A DNA stretch of 64,000 nt, taken from IMG/VR virus record IMGVR_UViG_3300032315_000747, positions 1 to 64,000 of that record; one strand, written 5' to 3'. The notes beneath the pieces were generated by a model. It had not been told where the DNA came from. It did no database searches and saw only the letters and a list, made by a program, of their open reading frames with translations. The translations under genes and the position numbers were made by a program. This DNA comes from a virus. Numbering within the stretch: the stretch's first letter is position 1; each line of letters opens with the position of its first letter. Positions 48,229 to 57,710 of the stretch are shown one piece after another.

Positions 48229-48579
48229 GTGGCTTATATGAATCAAGAGCGTAAGGCAATCATCGCTGCTAACTTGAAGCCTGTCCTCAAGAAGTACGGC
48301 GTGAAGGGAACTCTGTCAGTAGACCATCACACAAGCATCGTGCTGAGCCTCAAGTCGGGTAAGATTGATTTCGGTTCTGCCCGCGACCAAGTTAACCCCT
48401 ATTGGTTCCATGAGCATTACGAAGGTGTCGCTAAGGAGTTTCTCACCGAAGCGTTTGCTGCACTCAAGAGCGCGGACTGGTATGATCGTAGCGATGCTAC
48501 GTATGATCACTACGACGTTGCTTACTACGTTGATGTCAACGTTGGTAAGTGGAACAAACCGTATGTGCTGGAGGCGTAA
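48229..48579 (+). CDS. Hypothetical early protein
   Basis: MAYMNQERK...YGVKG.LSV...WYDRSD...Y.....GKWNKPY. Confidence 0.8.
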   Translation: MAYMNQERKAIIAANLKPVLKKYGVKGTLSVDHHTSIVLSLKSGKIDFGSARDQVNPYWFHEHYEGVAKEFLTEAFAALKSADWYDRSDATYDHYDVAYYVDVNVGKWNKPYVLEA

Positions 48580-48706
48580 AATGCTTGACAAGCTTAAGAT
48601 TTGGGTCTATAGTAAAGATATGACGTTTTGGCTCACGGTTGATTTGATTTGCTGGGCTATAGCGGTCAGCGTAATTGCTTTTTTTGTATATTAAAGGAGA
48701 TATAAC

Positions 48707-48868
48707 ATGAGTAATCAAATGCGTACTTGGAAAGTTTGGATTCGTACTACGTCTGGTTCTCAGATTCTGGTTACATTTATGGCTGAGAACCATATGATTC
48801 GCGCACTCGATACTGCTCGGGCTTTGTACGGACCTGCACTGCTTTCAGAAACTGTAATCCCAGCTTAA
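48707..48868 (+). CDS. Small hypothetical protein (53 aa)
   Basis: AAGGAG RBS; MSNQMRTWKVWIRT...ARALYG. Confidence 0.6.
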   Translation: MSNQMRTWKVWIRTTSGSQILVTFMAENHMIRALDTARALYGPALLSETVIPA

Positions 48869-48892
48869 CACATTTATTTAAGGAGATATAGT

Positions 48893-49258
48893 ATGACAGA
48901 ACAACTATTTACTGTAGTCGGCATCACTGTTCATGGTAATGACGCTAAGATTCGCTTCACTGATGACATGTGCCGCCGCGTAAAACAGTTTTCTAAGGGC
49001 AAGGCTTCCCGTATCGATTTCATTGATCTTCCCAATAAGATGACCAAAATCGAGGCTCTTAAATATATGCTTACATGCAAAGAGTTTTCGTCAGCCGAGG
49101 ATCAGGCTACGATTAAAGATACACTTGAGGACAAGGAACGCGAAGCTCGTAAGAGCATGAAAACAGTCAGTGTGAAGAGCGCAGTTTCACTTGATGCAAT
49201 TAAGAACCGACCTCGAAAAGATGTTTCGGTTAGTGATATTTTAGAGGCAGTACAGTGA
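48893..49258 (+). CDS. Hypothetical phage protein
   Basis: FTVVG...KIRFTDD...LP..MTK.EA; AAGGAG RBS. Confidence 0.75.
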   Translation: MTEQLFTVVGITVHGNDAKIRFTDDMCRRVKQFSKGKASRIDFIDLPNKMTKIEALKYMLTCKEFSSAEDQATIKDTLEDKEREARKSMKTVSVKSAVSLDAIKNRPRKDVSVSDILEAVQ

Positions 49259-49653
49259 CCCCGGGGAACACCATGACAGAGACAGAGAAGCTGGAAGACG
49301 TTCAACAGATCATCGGAGCCGTGTTCGATGCGGGCATGTGCTTCGGCGATCAGCAAGATAGGTCGCTATCTCGATCTCAGTATCTCGACGTGCGAAAGGC
49401 TGCCGTCGCGGCCGCCCTCACCGCATGGAACACCCTCCCGGCCCCGGCTCTGGATAGAGAGGGGGTGAAGGCGGCCCTACAATCCTCGCGCGGCTGGCCT
49501 GCTGATCTGCACCCCGGTCCTGCCGCCGACGCCATCCTCGCTATGGTCGGGGGCGGGGTTCCGGCTGAGCCGACCCAACCGGCCTATCGCTACCAAGATG
49601 ACAGCGCCGTCAATCCGTCGATGCTCAGCGTTTCCTCTACGGTGGAGGGGTAG
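49255..49653 (+). CDS. Hypothetical protein (high-GC island)
   Basis: ORF; start may be ATG 49273. Confidence 0.55.
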   Translation: MTPGNTMTETEKLEDVQQIIGAVFDAGMCFGDQQDRSLSRSQYLDVRKAAVAAALTAWNTLPAPALDREGVKAALQSSRGWPADLHPGPAADAILAMVGGGVPAEPTQPAYRYQDDSAVNPSMLSVSSTVEG

Positions 49654-50070
49654 ATGGAAGATCAGAAGGCATCCCGGGACCACGCCCCGACGATCACCTC
49701 CGGCAAGGGAACCCTGACCCTTGCCGCACTCACCGCTGCGCTTCTCGTGAGCGGGTGCGGCCCAACCGATAGAGAAGTTGCCCAAGGCGCCTACGATTAC
49801 GGCGTCTACGTCGGGCGCGTGCTTGGTCTGTGCCAACACCTCCGCGAAATCTACGAGGCCAATCCCGACAGCGACTGGGCGCACGACAAAGAAACGGTCG
49901 CAACCATCGCGACATGCCGCAAAGCCGAAGCCCAGCACGGCCCCGGAACGCGCGAGACGATCCACGTTCCAGCGGCGTCAAGACTTCCCCTCGCCCGTGA
50001 TGGCGCGTCTTCGCGTCCACCAATGACCAACGATGCAGTTCCTGGGACGAACAAGGAAACCGACCAATGA
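49654..50070 (+). CDS. Putative lipoprotein (high-GC island)
   Basis: Hydrophobic stretch ending in LLVSGC lipobox. Confidence 0.5.
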   Translation: MEDQKASRDHAPTITSGKGTLTLAALTAALLVSGCGPTDREVAQGAYDYGVYVGRVLGLCQHLREIYEANPDSDWAHDKETVATIATCRKAEAQHGPGTRETIHVPAASRLPLARDGASSRPPMTNDAVPGTNKETDQ

Positions 50071-50348
50071 CCAAGACACTGGTTGAGCAGTTGCGCGAGG
50101 CGAAGCACCTGCACCTCGAAACGAAGATGCTTCTGGAAACCGCCGCCTCTCGCATAGAGGAACTAGAGAAGGCTATGGAGGGACTTGTGGACGATCTAGA
50201 ACGCCGTCACCGTCAGGTTGCCGAAGTCTGTGACGAGATGCAGCAACAGGCGAACGATGGGTATTCGTATCACCGCTTGGTCGGCAAGCAGGCAGCTTAC
50301 CACCACGCCGCCGAACTTGCCTATCAAGCCCTCTCATACAAGGGGTAG
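50067..50348 (+). CDS. Hypothetical protein (high-GC island)
   Basis: LVEQLR...AASRIEELE coiled coil; AAGGA RBS. Confidence 0.65.
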   Translation: MTKTLVEQLREAKHLHLETKMLLETAASRIEELEKAMEGLVDDLERRHRQVAEVCDEMQQQANDGYSYHRLVGKQAAYHHAAELAYQALSYKG

Positions 50349-50549
50349 ATGAGTGTGAAAAAGCTGTCGCCCAAGATGCGAGAGGCGTTAGCCGTCGTCA
50401 CGAACGACTGGCAGAGCGCCTACGTTTTACGGCTTTCGCTGGTCACTCTTGAGGACCTGCGCTCTCGCGGGCTTGTTGAGAAATCGTTGTACTCTCCTCG
50501 CACTGCGACAAAGTGGCGCCGCATCGAAGCCACCAAGATGATGACTTAG
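50349..50549 (+). CDS. Small winged-helix-like protein (high-GC island)
   Basis: LSPKMREAL...TLEDLRSRGLVE. Confidence 0.55.
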   Translation: MSVKKLSPKMREALAVVTNDWQSAYVLRLSLVTLEDLRSRGLVEKSLYSPRTATKWRRIEATKMMT

Positions 50550-50577
50550 TTGAGAACTTCACTCAAAAAAGATCGCT

Positions 50578-50606
50578 AATAGAAAAGCTTCTGAAGCTTT
50601 TCTATT
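50578..50606. terminator. Palindromic element at a convergent junction
   Basis: AATAGAAAAGCTTC-T-GAAGCTTTTCTATT. Confidence 0.65.
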
Positions 50607-51303
50607 AATATCCGAATCTTGCTTTATATGTAGCGTACAGAGATTGTACAGTAGTCAAATCTAACACACCGTTGTACACTTTGACAAATCCTATATTAGC
50701 AGTTTGCACTTCGGTCCCGGATGAACGGCTCCAGATTCTTAATTGATTGAATCCGCCACCACCGCCATTGGTTGAAGAAAACGCCGCAGAGGTCGGTTGA
50801 GTACTTGTTGCAGTGTACAGTTGTCCTAGAGAGGTCGTTGTATTCCAAGTACCCCAACCAAAATGCCACACAAGATCAGCACCTGATCCGGGCAAATTAA
50901 CTGCGTAGTTTGGATAGAATGTGTCAGGGTTGCCATTGTAAAGACCCATGAGCCAATCTTTGCTAGCTTCACTCTGTGTGTTCAGCAATCGTCCAGTAGC
51001 AACGGCAGTTCTTTGGTAAGCCATAAATACACTATAACTTTGTCCAGTTACATAGTTAGGACCACCGTACATCGTGTCTGTGCCAGTAGCATTAGATTTA
51101 GTAAATATTCCACCGTTAGTTGCTGACCAACCAATGCTGCTTCCGGCATTAGCTACTGTGATAGGGAATGCACCTGCGCCGGCCACCGTAGAACCATTTA
51201 CAGGCACATCCGCATAGTTTGCTGCATCTAGATCATAGACTAATACCGGAGTAGTAGAAAGAGATTTCCAACTGCCGATTGAGGCTTGCATAATTCCACT
51301 CAT
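50605..51303 (-). CDS. LamG/concanavalin-like lectin domain virion protein
   Basis: LVYDLDAAN, WHF..TW, IG.VKVYN..L....V..LY...K.RFG. Confidence 0.75.
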   Translation of the reverse strand: MSGIMQASIGSWKSLSTTPVLVYDLDAANYADVPVNGSTVAGAGAFPITVANAGSSIGWSATNGGIFTKSNATGTDTMYGGPNYVTGQSYSVFMAYQRTAVATGRLLNTQSEASKDWLMGLYNGNPDTFYPNYAVNLPGSGADLVWHFGWGTWNTTTSLGQLYTATSTQPTSAAFSSTNGGGGGFNQLRIWSRSSGTEVQTANIGFVKVYNGVLDLTTVQSLYATYKARFGY

Positions 51304-53636
51304 TACGAAACTCCTGTACCGTTAATCATCCAGGTATCAGTTGCAACCTTCAACAGCGTTGCCATACCATAGTTACTTACAACACGATTTGCTGCGGTTG
51401 AGTTACCTGCCATATACAATGTTACACCTGCTGCTGCATTGACCAAGACATTACCTGCAGACTGAACAACGACACTGATTGCAGAACCGGTAGAAAAGCC
51501 TACGCTTGCGTCAGAAGGAATAGTTAGTGTAAAGTTACCCGCTGACGTTGAGTAGTAGTGCTTTCCTGCATCAGTTAGTGCTAGTGTAGCATTAGCTGCT
51601 GCAACTTGTGGAATATTCAAGTAACCGATAGCAAAGCCGGCTGTATTACCTGTAATATTACCGGTAACATTCAATGTACCAGTGATGTTAGCACCAGTAC
51701 CAGTGACTGTCATAGTTGTATTACCAACTGCTGCTATAGTTACATTGCCATTTGCCGTTGCAATATTGACATTACTATTACCATTTGCTAACGCACCGAC
51801 AAAGGTCGTTGCAGTAATTGAGTTGTTTGATAAGTTAGCAGTGAGACCTGTACTTGTTACTTCTGACACATTGCCTGTTGCTGCGTTTGCGAATACGAGG
51901 AAGTTATTTCCGGTTCCAGCAGCTACAGTCATAAAATCAGCAACATTAGCATAATCAACATTCAAGTTTGCAACACGAGTAGTGCTTGTTACTGTTAAAG
52001 GCGCGGTACCAGTTGCGACATTTGAAGTTAGGGTACTTGCAATTACCGCAGTTGTTGCATTTAAGTTACCGACATTTGCATTGCCTGTTACAGCCAACGA
52101 AGTTAGTGTACCAACAGATGTGATATTAGGTTGAGCCGCAGTTGTTACTGTACCAGCAGTTGTAGCAGAACCGGCAGTAGCAACACTTAGATTTGCTACC
52201 TGTGTAGTTGAAGTAACTACTAACGGAGCAGTACCAGTTGCAATATTTGAGATTAGTTGAGGTGCGGCGATATTAGCAGTGGCAAGTACTTGAGCAGTAC
52301 CTAAGTTACCGACATTCGCATTACCAGTAATATTAGCAGTACCAGTGATGTTAGCACCAGTACCAGTAACTGTCATAGTTGTATTGCCAACTGCTGCTAT
52401 AGTAACATTACCATTTGCTGTTGCAATATTGACATTACTATTACCATTTGCTAACGCACCGATAAATGTAGTTGCAGTAATTGAGTTGTTTGCTAAGTTA
52501 GAAGTAATACCTAAACTCGTCCACTCGACAATATTTCCTGTAGTTGCATTAGCAAATACGACATAACCAGTACCTGTTCCAGGTGCAGTAACATTAATAT
52601 TATCAGCAACATTAGCATAATCAACATTTAAGTTAGAAACACGGGTTGTAGAAGTTATTGCGAGAGGAGCAGTACCGGTTGCTACCGAAGATATAAGTTG
52701 ACCTGTAGTAGTCAAGTTTCCTGCACTTGCATTTCCTGTAACAGCGAGTGAGGTCAATGTACCAACTGAAGTGATGTTTGGTTGAGCGTTAGTTGTTACT
52801 GTACCAGCAGTAGTTGCGCTTGGAACAGTACCGGTAACATTAGCACCTGCTACAGCAAATGCAGTATTAGCAACATTAGCATTAGGTACGAAACCCGATA
52901 CGTTAGCACCTGCAATTCCGGTCAACGCTTGTCCATTACCAATAATATTACCGACAGCAACATTGCCAGTTGTAGTAATCGTGTTACTACCAAACGCCGC
53001 CATCAATGAGACAACATTGCTATTGCCATATGAACTGTTGGCGTCATTTGTCCAACTTAATACACCATTTCCATTTGTAGTAAGAACCTGACCATTACTT
53101 CCGCCACTAATTCTTACGTTGCCTACAGCACCTAAGTTAGCAGTAGTAGAAACATTAAGTGTTGTCAGTGACGCTAACCCAGTAGAACTAATTCCATTAG
53201 CGTACACCGTACCAGTAACGTTAACGTTACCTGCGCCTACATTACCTGTATACGCTGGAAGATAATTTGCAACACTACTGTTACTGTAGACGTTTGTCAA
53301 GAATCCCCCGTCACCTGAATAGAAGTTTGCTACAACGATATTTCCACCATTAATGTTTCCTGCTGTAATATTTCCGATAACCGCAAGAGAAGTAAGCGTC
53401 CCCACGCTCGTGATATTAGGTTGCGCAGCATTAGCTACTGATAGTGCCAAATTAGATTGAGCAGCACGAACAAAGTACGAACCACCTGCTCCGCTCAGAA
53501 TCAAATTTCCCAAATCTTGTGCAGTTGCTTTCTGTGTCAACGGCGTTCCGGTCATGTTGACAACCGGAACAAGCGTAGTATACGCAATATTTGCGCCTAT
53601 AGCAGTAAGTGCTGTAATTTTAATGTTGTCGACCAT
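51303..53636 (-). CDS. Fibre-like structural protein with Gly/Asn/Thr repeats
   Basis: IKITAL N-terminus; three AQPNITSVGTLTSL repeats; C-terminal ATLLKV.TDTW.I.G module. Confidence 0.8.
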   Translation of the reverse strand: MVDNIKITALTAIGANIAYTTLVPVVNMTGTPLTQKATAQDLGNLILSGAGGSYFVRAAQSNLALSVANAAQPNITSVGTLTSLAVIGNITAGNINGGNIVVANFYSGDGGFLTNVYSNSSVANYLPAYTGNVGAGNVNVTGTVYANGISSTGLASLTTLNVSTTANLGAVGNVRISGGSNGQVLTTNGNGVLSWTNDANSSYGNSNVVSLMAAFGSNTITTTGNVAVGNIIGNGQALTGIAGANVSGFVPNANVANTAFAVAGANVTGTVPSATTAGTVTTNAQPNITSVGTLTSLAVTGNASAGNLTTTGQLISSVATGTAPLAITSTTRVSNLNVDYANVADNINVTAPGTGTGYVVFANATTGNIVEWTSLGITSNLANNSITATTFIGALANGNSNVNIATANGNVTIAAVGNTTMTVTGTGANITGTANITGNANVGNLGTAQVLATANIAAPQLISNIATGTAPLVVTSTTQVANLSVATAGSATTAGTVTTAAQPNITSVGTLTSLAVTGNANVGNLNATTAVIASTLTSNVATGTAPLTVTSTTRVANLNVDYANVADFMTVAAGTGNNFLVFANAATGNVSEVTSTGLTANLSNNSITATTFVGALANGNSNVNIATANGNVTIAAVGNTTMTVTGTGANITGTLNVTGNITGNTAGFAIGYLNIPQVAAANATLALTDAGKHYYSTSAGNFTLTIPSDASVGFSTGSAISVVVQSAGNVLVNAAAGVTLYMAGNSTAANRVVSNYGMATLLKVATDTWMINGTGVS
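51677..52490 (-). repeat. Internal direct repeat in the fibre gene, 663 bp apart
   Basis: About 150 nt at 51677 and 52340 nearly identical, encoding NNSITATTF.GALANGNSNVNIATANGNVTIAAVGNTTMTVTGTGANITGT. Confidence 0.8.
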
Positions 53637-53657
53637 GTTGTTTTCCTATTATTGTTG

Positions 53658-55073
53658 TTATGCGAACACTACACCGTTGTTGCCGATGCAATACCATTTG
53701 CTGTTGATGTATTGTAAAGTACATCCGTCCCCTATATCATCAAACGTCATCGTACCCGTGCCTGAACTCTTCCATCCTGCATTGGTAACCGTAATAACCA
53801 TATTGCCGCCGTCGGCCACTAGCATAAATGTTTTGATCAGGCCAGCCGTTCCAGCAGCAAGAGTAGCAGTTGATGGGGCCAATGTAGTAAAATAACTCGA
53901 AGTTACTGCCAAATTAGCCGCACCTCCTGTTAATAGATTTTCACTTCCTGCAGCCGAGATAGCCGTAGTTGATGCAACCGTAGTGAATACACCAGAAGCA
54001 GCACCAATGTTGCCAACGTTGGCATTGCCAGTTGCATTTAAAGTGCCAGCAATATTGGCGCCTGTTCCAGTTACAACAAAGATGTTAGCATTGCCTACCG
54101 CACTGATGTTAACGTTGCCATTTGCAGCGGGAATGCGGACACTTGAGTTGCCATTGGCAAAAATACCAAGTAAGTTACCAGCAGTTACATTGCCTGTAAC
54201 AGCCAATGACGTTAAGTTGCCCACTGATGTTATGTTGGGTTGTGCAGCAGTTGTTAACGTTCCAGCAAGATTACTTGCAGTGACTGTTCCTGCAAAAGTA
54301 GCACTAGATGGAAGATTGATAGCGATTGTTCCTGCTGAAACAACCGGGCTATTAGTAACGACTAATTGGCTGCTCGAAACCCCAACGCTAGTAACTGTAC
54401 CGCCGACAGAAGTAGTAGAAATGGTTACATTGCCATTACCACTCGAAAGAGCGATACCAGCGCCCGCATTGATTCTGAGTACCCCTGTGTTCGTAACAGT
54501 TATGTTTCCGTTGGACGTGATTGGGCCGCCGTTGATTTGAATACCAGAGCCGGGCGTAAGTCCTATGCTAGTTACGGTGCCCGACACCGATCCGCCTGTA
54601 GCAGACGTGACTCTTCCATAAGCATCAACGGTCATTGTTGGATTTGCATATGTGCCCGGCAAGACTCCGCTCGCAGCTAAATCAATATTAATAACGCCGG
54701 ACGAGACTACAGGAGATCCGGAAACAGTCAGTCTTGCAGAAGGAACCAATGCTACGCTCGTAACAGTCCCTCCGCCATTGCCGTTGCCCGCAGTTGATGA
54801 AATAGTTACATTACCGTTTGCATTGCTGACTACAATGTTAGTGCCGGCAATGATATTAGTTACACCGGTGTTAGTGAATGCGACTGTGCCGGCACCAACG
54901 TTAGATACGATATCTATCCCAGGACCCGGGGTAAAGGTGTTGTATGGACTCGCACACGCAAACAGTGTGTCAAAGTTGTATTGAGTTTTGTTGAAAGCAG
55001 TATATAGGGAGTCGCTTCCTGTAGATTCGTTGGGCAAGCCAACATTGATTGTCTGTTTACCTGATATACTCAT
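53658..55073 (-). CDS. Fibre/baseplate-attached structural protein
   Basis: KQTINVG.PN...SDSLYTAFNK..NF N-terminus (gp9/gp10-like); GTVTSV repeats; TVDAYGRVT; late motif at 55091. Confidence 0.78.
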   Translation of the reverse strand: MSISGKQTINVGLPNESTGSDSLYTAFNKTQYNFDTLFACASPYNTFTPGPGIDIVSNVGAGTVAFTNTGVTNIIAGTNIVVSNANGNVTISSTAGNGNGGGTVTSVALVPSARLTVSGSPVVSSGVINIDLAASGVLPGTYANPTMTVDAYGRVTSATGGSVSGTVTSIGLTPGSGIQINGGPITSNGNITVTNTGVLRINAGAGIALSSGNGNVTISTTSVGGTVTSVGVSSSQLVVTNSPVVSAGTIAINLPSSATFAGTVTASNLAGTLTTAAQPNITSVGNLTSLAVTGNVTAGNLLGIFANGNSSVRIPAANGNVNISAVGNANIFVVTGTGANIAGTLNATGNANVGNIGAASGVFTTVASTTAISAAGSENLLTGGAANLAVTSSYFTTLAPSTATLAAGTAGLIKTFMLVADGGNMVITVTNAGWKSSGTGTMTFDDIGDGCTLQYINSKWYCIGNNGVVFA

Positions 55074-55096
55074 TGCATGTCCTCATGTTGTATTTA

Positions 55097-55420
55097 TCAA
55101 CAAGGACTAAAAGAAGTACCGCATCCACAACAGCTTTTGGCTTGAGGGTTAGTAATAGCAAATCTTGCTCCCTCTAAGTCATCTTTGAAATCCACGATTG
55201 ATCCATCAAGCATCTCAAACGATGCTGAATCGACAATCAGTTTGATAGGTCCGGCCGTGACCTCGATGTCACTATCATCTTGTTCAGTTCCGATGACGAA
55301 CCCGTATGAGAATCCCGAACATCCTCCGCCTTGGACAAACATTCTAAAACTAACATTAGGCCCTTCATTGGACAGAACATCTACGATCTTTGCTTGGGCG
55401 GGGTCAGTGACTGTTATCAT
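55097..55420 (-). CDS. A-type Fe-S carrier (ErpA/IscA/HesB)
   Basis: GGGCSGFSY, VD..S, NPQA..CGCGTSF. Confidence 0.92.
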   Translation of the reverse strand: MITVTDPAQAKIVDVLSNEGPNVSFRMFVQGGGCSGFSYGFVIGTEQDDSDIEVTAGPIKLIVDSASFEMLDGSIVDFKDDLEGARFAITNPQAKSCCGCGTSFSPC

Positions 55421-55424
55421 AATT

Positions 55425-55895
55425 TTATTTATCGACCTCTGGTTCCCATACCATATTTCCTGAATTATCCTTAGAGGTGAATCCTTGCTTTTTGTAAAAC
55501 TTAATGAGTTTTGATTGTGGCACTACTCCTTTGTCGAACGCATACCCAACGAACTTGATCCCAGATGGTCGTGCTAAGTCTTGCAGTATCTTCATGGCTT
55601 TATCACCGTAACCACTTCTCAATGGGGTCGCTTGAAACCATTTTATTTGTACTGCGTTCTGTTGTTTCGGAACAAGCTCAAACTGCACATATGCTGCGAT
55701 ATCTTTAGTTTCTTCTTTGCCTAATGGAATGATGTTACCTTCGTGATTCCAAAAGATATAGGAGTTATTACCTTCGTTATAGAATCTGGACTTTACGTCC
55801 GCGACCCACTCTTTGGTTTTCTCAGACGCACCAAAACCTCTGAGTTTTAGTATCTTTGGTTCTTCGTCTTCTATTAGTAGTTCTTCGATTTTCAT
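55425..55895 (-). CDS. GNAT acetyltransferase-like protein with MKIEELLIE leader
   Basis: RSGYG acetyl-CoA motif; LIKFYKKQGF. Confidence 0.75.
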   Translation of the reverse strand: MKIEELLIEDEEPKILKLRGFGASEKTKEWVADVKSRFYNEGNNSYIFWNHEGNIIPLGKEETKDIAAYVQFELVPKQQNAVQIKWFQATPLRSGYGDKAMKILQDLARPSGIKFVGYAFDKGVVPQSKLIKFYKKQGFTSKDNSGNMVWEPEVDK

Positions 55896-56956
55896 CGGTT
55901 GCCCCTCTGATAAAGGTGTCGCACTGCTTCAGTAAATCCAAGATCGATAATAACTGGTCTACCCTGATATTCTCCCCAGTTGGCTGGTTGACGTAAATCT
56001 GCGAATACTACTTCAGAGTTGTGTAGTAGATTAACAGTATCGTCTACGTATTCGGCAAATAGTTCTACCTCTTGCTCAGATTTACCTTTGGCGAGTAATC
56101 GTTGTTTAGTCTTTTCCAGATTGCTCGGTTCAATTTTCACCTCAGTTGGCCCATTTTGACCCCAGATAGCCCGGGATTTTGGTTTAGGGTTAATTATGCT
56201 GTCAACGCAATCAAGGAATTCCCAGAAGTCAGTACAGTGTAATAGTTCTGCTAATCGTTTAGCATTTACCTTCTTAGCAAGTTCCGTTTGAATCCAAATC
56301 GGAGACGGATTCTTTTGATCATAGTCAATGAGCGGGATAACGATGTCTAGCCTACCAAGGTAACCATCGTCTAGCACATCAACTTCAGCAATATTCTGCG
56401 CTACACCTTTGCGATTCTTTGCCACCTTTAAGACTGTAGGACGCCCCTCAAGCTCTATCATGAACGCGACTCTTGATGACCCAGTGCCAAGCTTCTTAGC
56501 TCGCTCTAGCGCGTACTGTAAGCGATTCTTGAAGGTCTGATCAGCGCCCAATGCACCTTCTTCCCAATCAGCAGGAAGAGCCATCTCGTCTAATTTAGGT
56601 TCACGGTACATCTTTCCAGCACCTAGTGCGTAATCAATGTTTCTACCTTTGCTTTCTTTGAAACCAAATTGTTTATAGAATCTAACGAGTCTACCTCTAG
56701 AAGTAGTACCCTGTATCTTGTCTTGTAAGCCGGGAGTCAATATGATGCGTTTACCATGCTCATCGGCATAATCAGTCAGCATCCTCATAGCTTTACTGCC
56801 CAGACCCTGACCTTGCTTATCTTTGCCAACAATCAATGAATCTAGCACAAGGCCATCATCTCTCTCGAATACAACAAAAGACTTCAATCCTAATTGAGAT
56901 TGAATCCGATCACCGAACGAAGTAACTGATTCGGGTAAGAACTCTCTAGCTCTCAT
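55892..56956 (-). CDS. GNAT plus protein-kinase-like two-module protein with MRAREFLPE leader
   Basis: QGQGLG...LVRFYKQFGF; after KLDE: LGTGSSRVAF, VLKVA, E, DL...NWG, IIDLG. Confidence 0.78.
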   Translation of the reverse strand: MRAREFLPESVTSFGDRIQSQLGLKSFVVFERDDGLVLDSLIVGKDKQGQGLGSKAMRMLTDYADEHGKRIILTPGLQDKIQGTTSRGRLVRFYKQFGFKESKGRNIDYALGAGKMYREPKLDEMALPADWEEGALGADQTFKNRLQYALERAKKLGTGSSRVAFMIELEGRPTVLKVAKNRKGVAQNIAEVDVLDDGYLGRLDIVIPLIDYDQKNPSPIWIQTELAKKVNAKRLAELLHCTDFWEFLDCVDSIINPKPKSRAIWGQNGPTEVKIEPSNLEKTKQRLLAKGKSEQEVELFAEYVDDTVNLLHNSEVVFADLRQPANWGEYQGRPVIIDLGFTEAVRHLYQRGNR

Positions 56957-57135
56957 TTCTTGCGCCCTCTAAATCCAACTGGCATTTGCATATCGTTCAC
57001 GGGAAACATTTGCTTGAACCAATCGTCAGTGCCTGGCTTAGCGGTAATTCCACTGCGATTGATAGGCTCTGCATGAGTAGGTTTGCCCCTACCGTCAACT
57101 ATACCTGCAAGTCTTCTTAGATCATCCGTATCCAT
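56953..57135 (-). CDS. Small hypothetical protein
   Basis: LRRLAGI and KPGTDDWF motifs. Confidence 0.65.
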   Translation of the reverse strand: MDTDDLRRLAGIVDGRGKPTHAEPINRSGITAKPGTDDWFKQMFPVNDMQMPVGFRGRKK

Positions 57136-57696
57136 TTAAGTTGACCAATATTTTCCTAAGCGAGTAGAAATCACATTCCAATTAATGATCTTCCAAAGGT
57201 TGCGCAGATAAGCCTTTTTATCGGAACCGTAATCCAATATGAATGCATGTTCCCACCAGTCTACTAATAATAGAATGTCGCTTTTAACTTCATGATTTTT
57301 GATTGTTTTTATGTTGCCATCGTGAGCGAGATATACCCAGCCTGATCCTTGAATCTTCATCGCTATTTCTTCAAACTTATCTTTGAAGCTATCATAGCTT
57401 CCGTAGTTTTTTTCAATAAATCCCTTAATAGGACCGTTGGGTTTATTGTTAAGAGCGACTTGTCTAAATTGTGTAAACCAAAGATTATGTAGGAAAACCC
57501 CTGCGTAGTTAAACTCAGGGTTCCCTTGCTTTTCGTTATACCGTTTAGCGTAACCTTTTGCCAGTTTGGTATAGTGTAGGTCGAGGGTATCACCGCTCAT
57601 CACAGACGACACCTCACGCTCAGTGAAGTTTAGTGGGATGATTTCTAAATCCGTAGATTTAGCCTTGCCCTCAAGTAACTTGATAAACTCTAACAT
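57136..57696 (-). CDS. sod: Fe/Mn superoxide dismutase with leader
   Basis: LHY, FLHNLWF, GSGW, DWWEHAF, INW; MLEFIKLLE start; late motif at 57702. Confidence 0.9.
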   Translation of the reverse strand: MLEFIKLLEGKAKSTDLEIIPLNFTEREVSSVMSGDTLDLHYTKLAKGYAKRYNEKQGNPEFNYAGVFLHNLWFTQFRQVALNNKPNGPIKGFIEKNYGSYDSFKDKFEEIAMKIQGSGWVYLAHDGNIKTIKNHEVKSDILLLVDWWEHAFILDYGSDKKAYLRNLWKIINWNVISTRLGKYWST

Positions 57697-57710
57697 GAGA
57701 GTATTTATCG

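Larger units (their letters stand above)
49255..50549 (+). mobile_element. High-GC foreign gene cassette (four small ORFs)
   Basis: Abrupt shift to GC-rich sequence with GCC/CGC/GGC codons; ORFs 49255-49653, 49654-50070, 50067-50348, 50349-50549. Confidence 0.7.

Noticed and set aside
51677-52490. Diversity-generating retroelement TR/VR pair
   Set aside because: Both copies are in-frame within one gene, differences are mostly synonymous, and no reverse transcriptase is in the window
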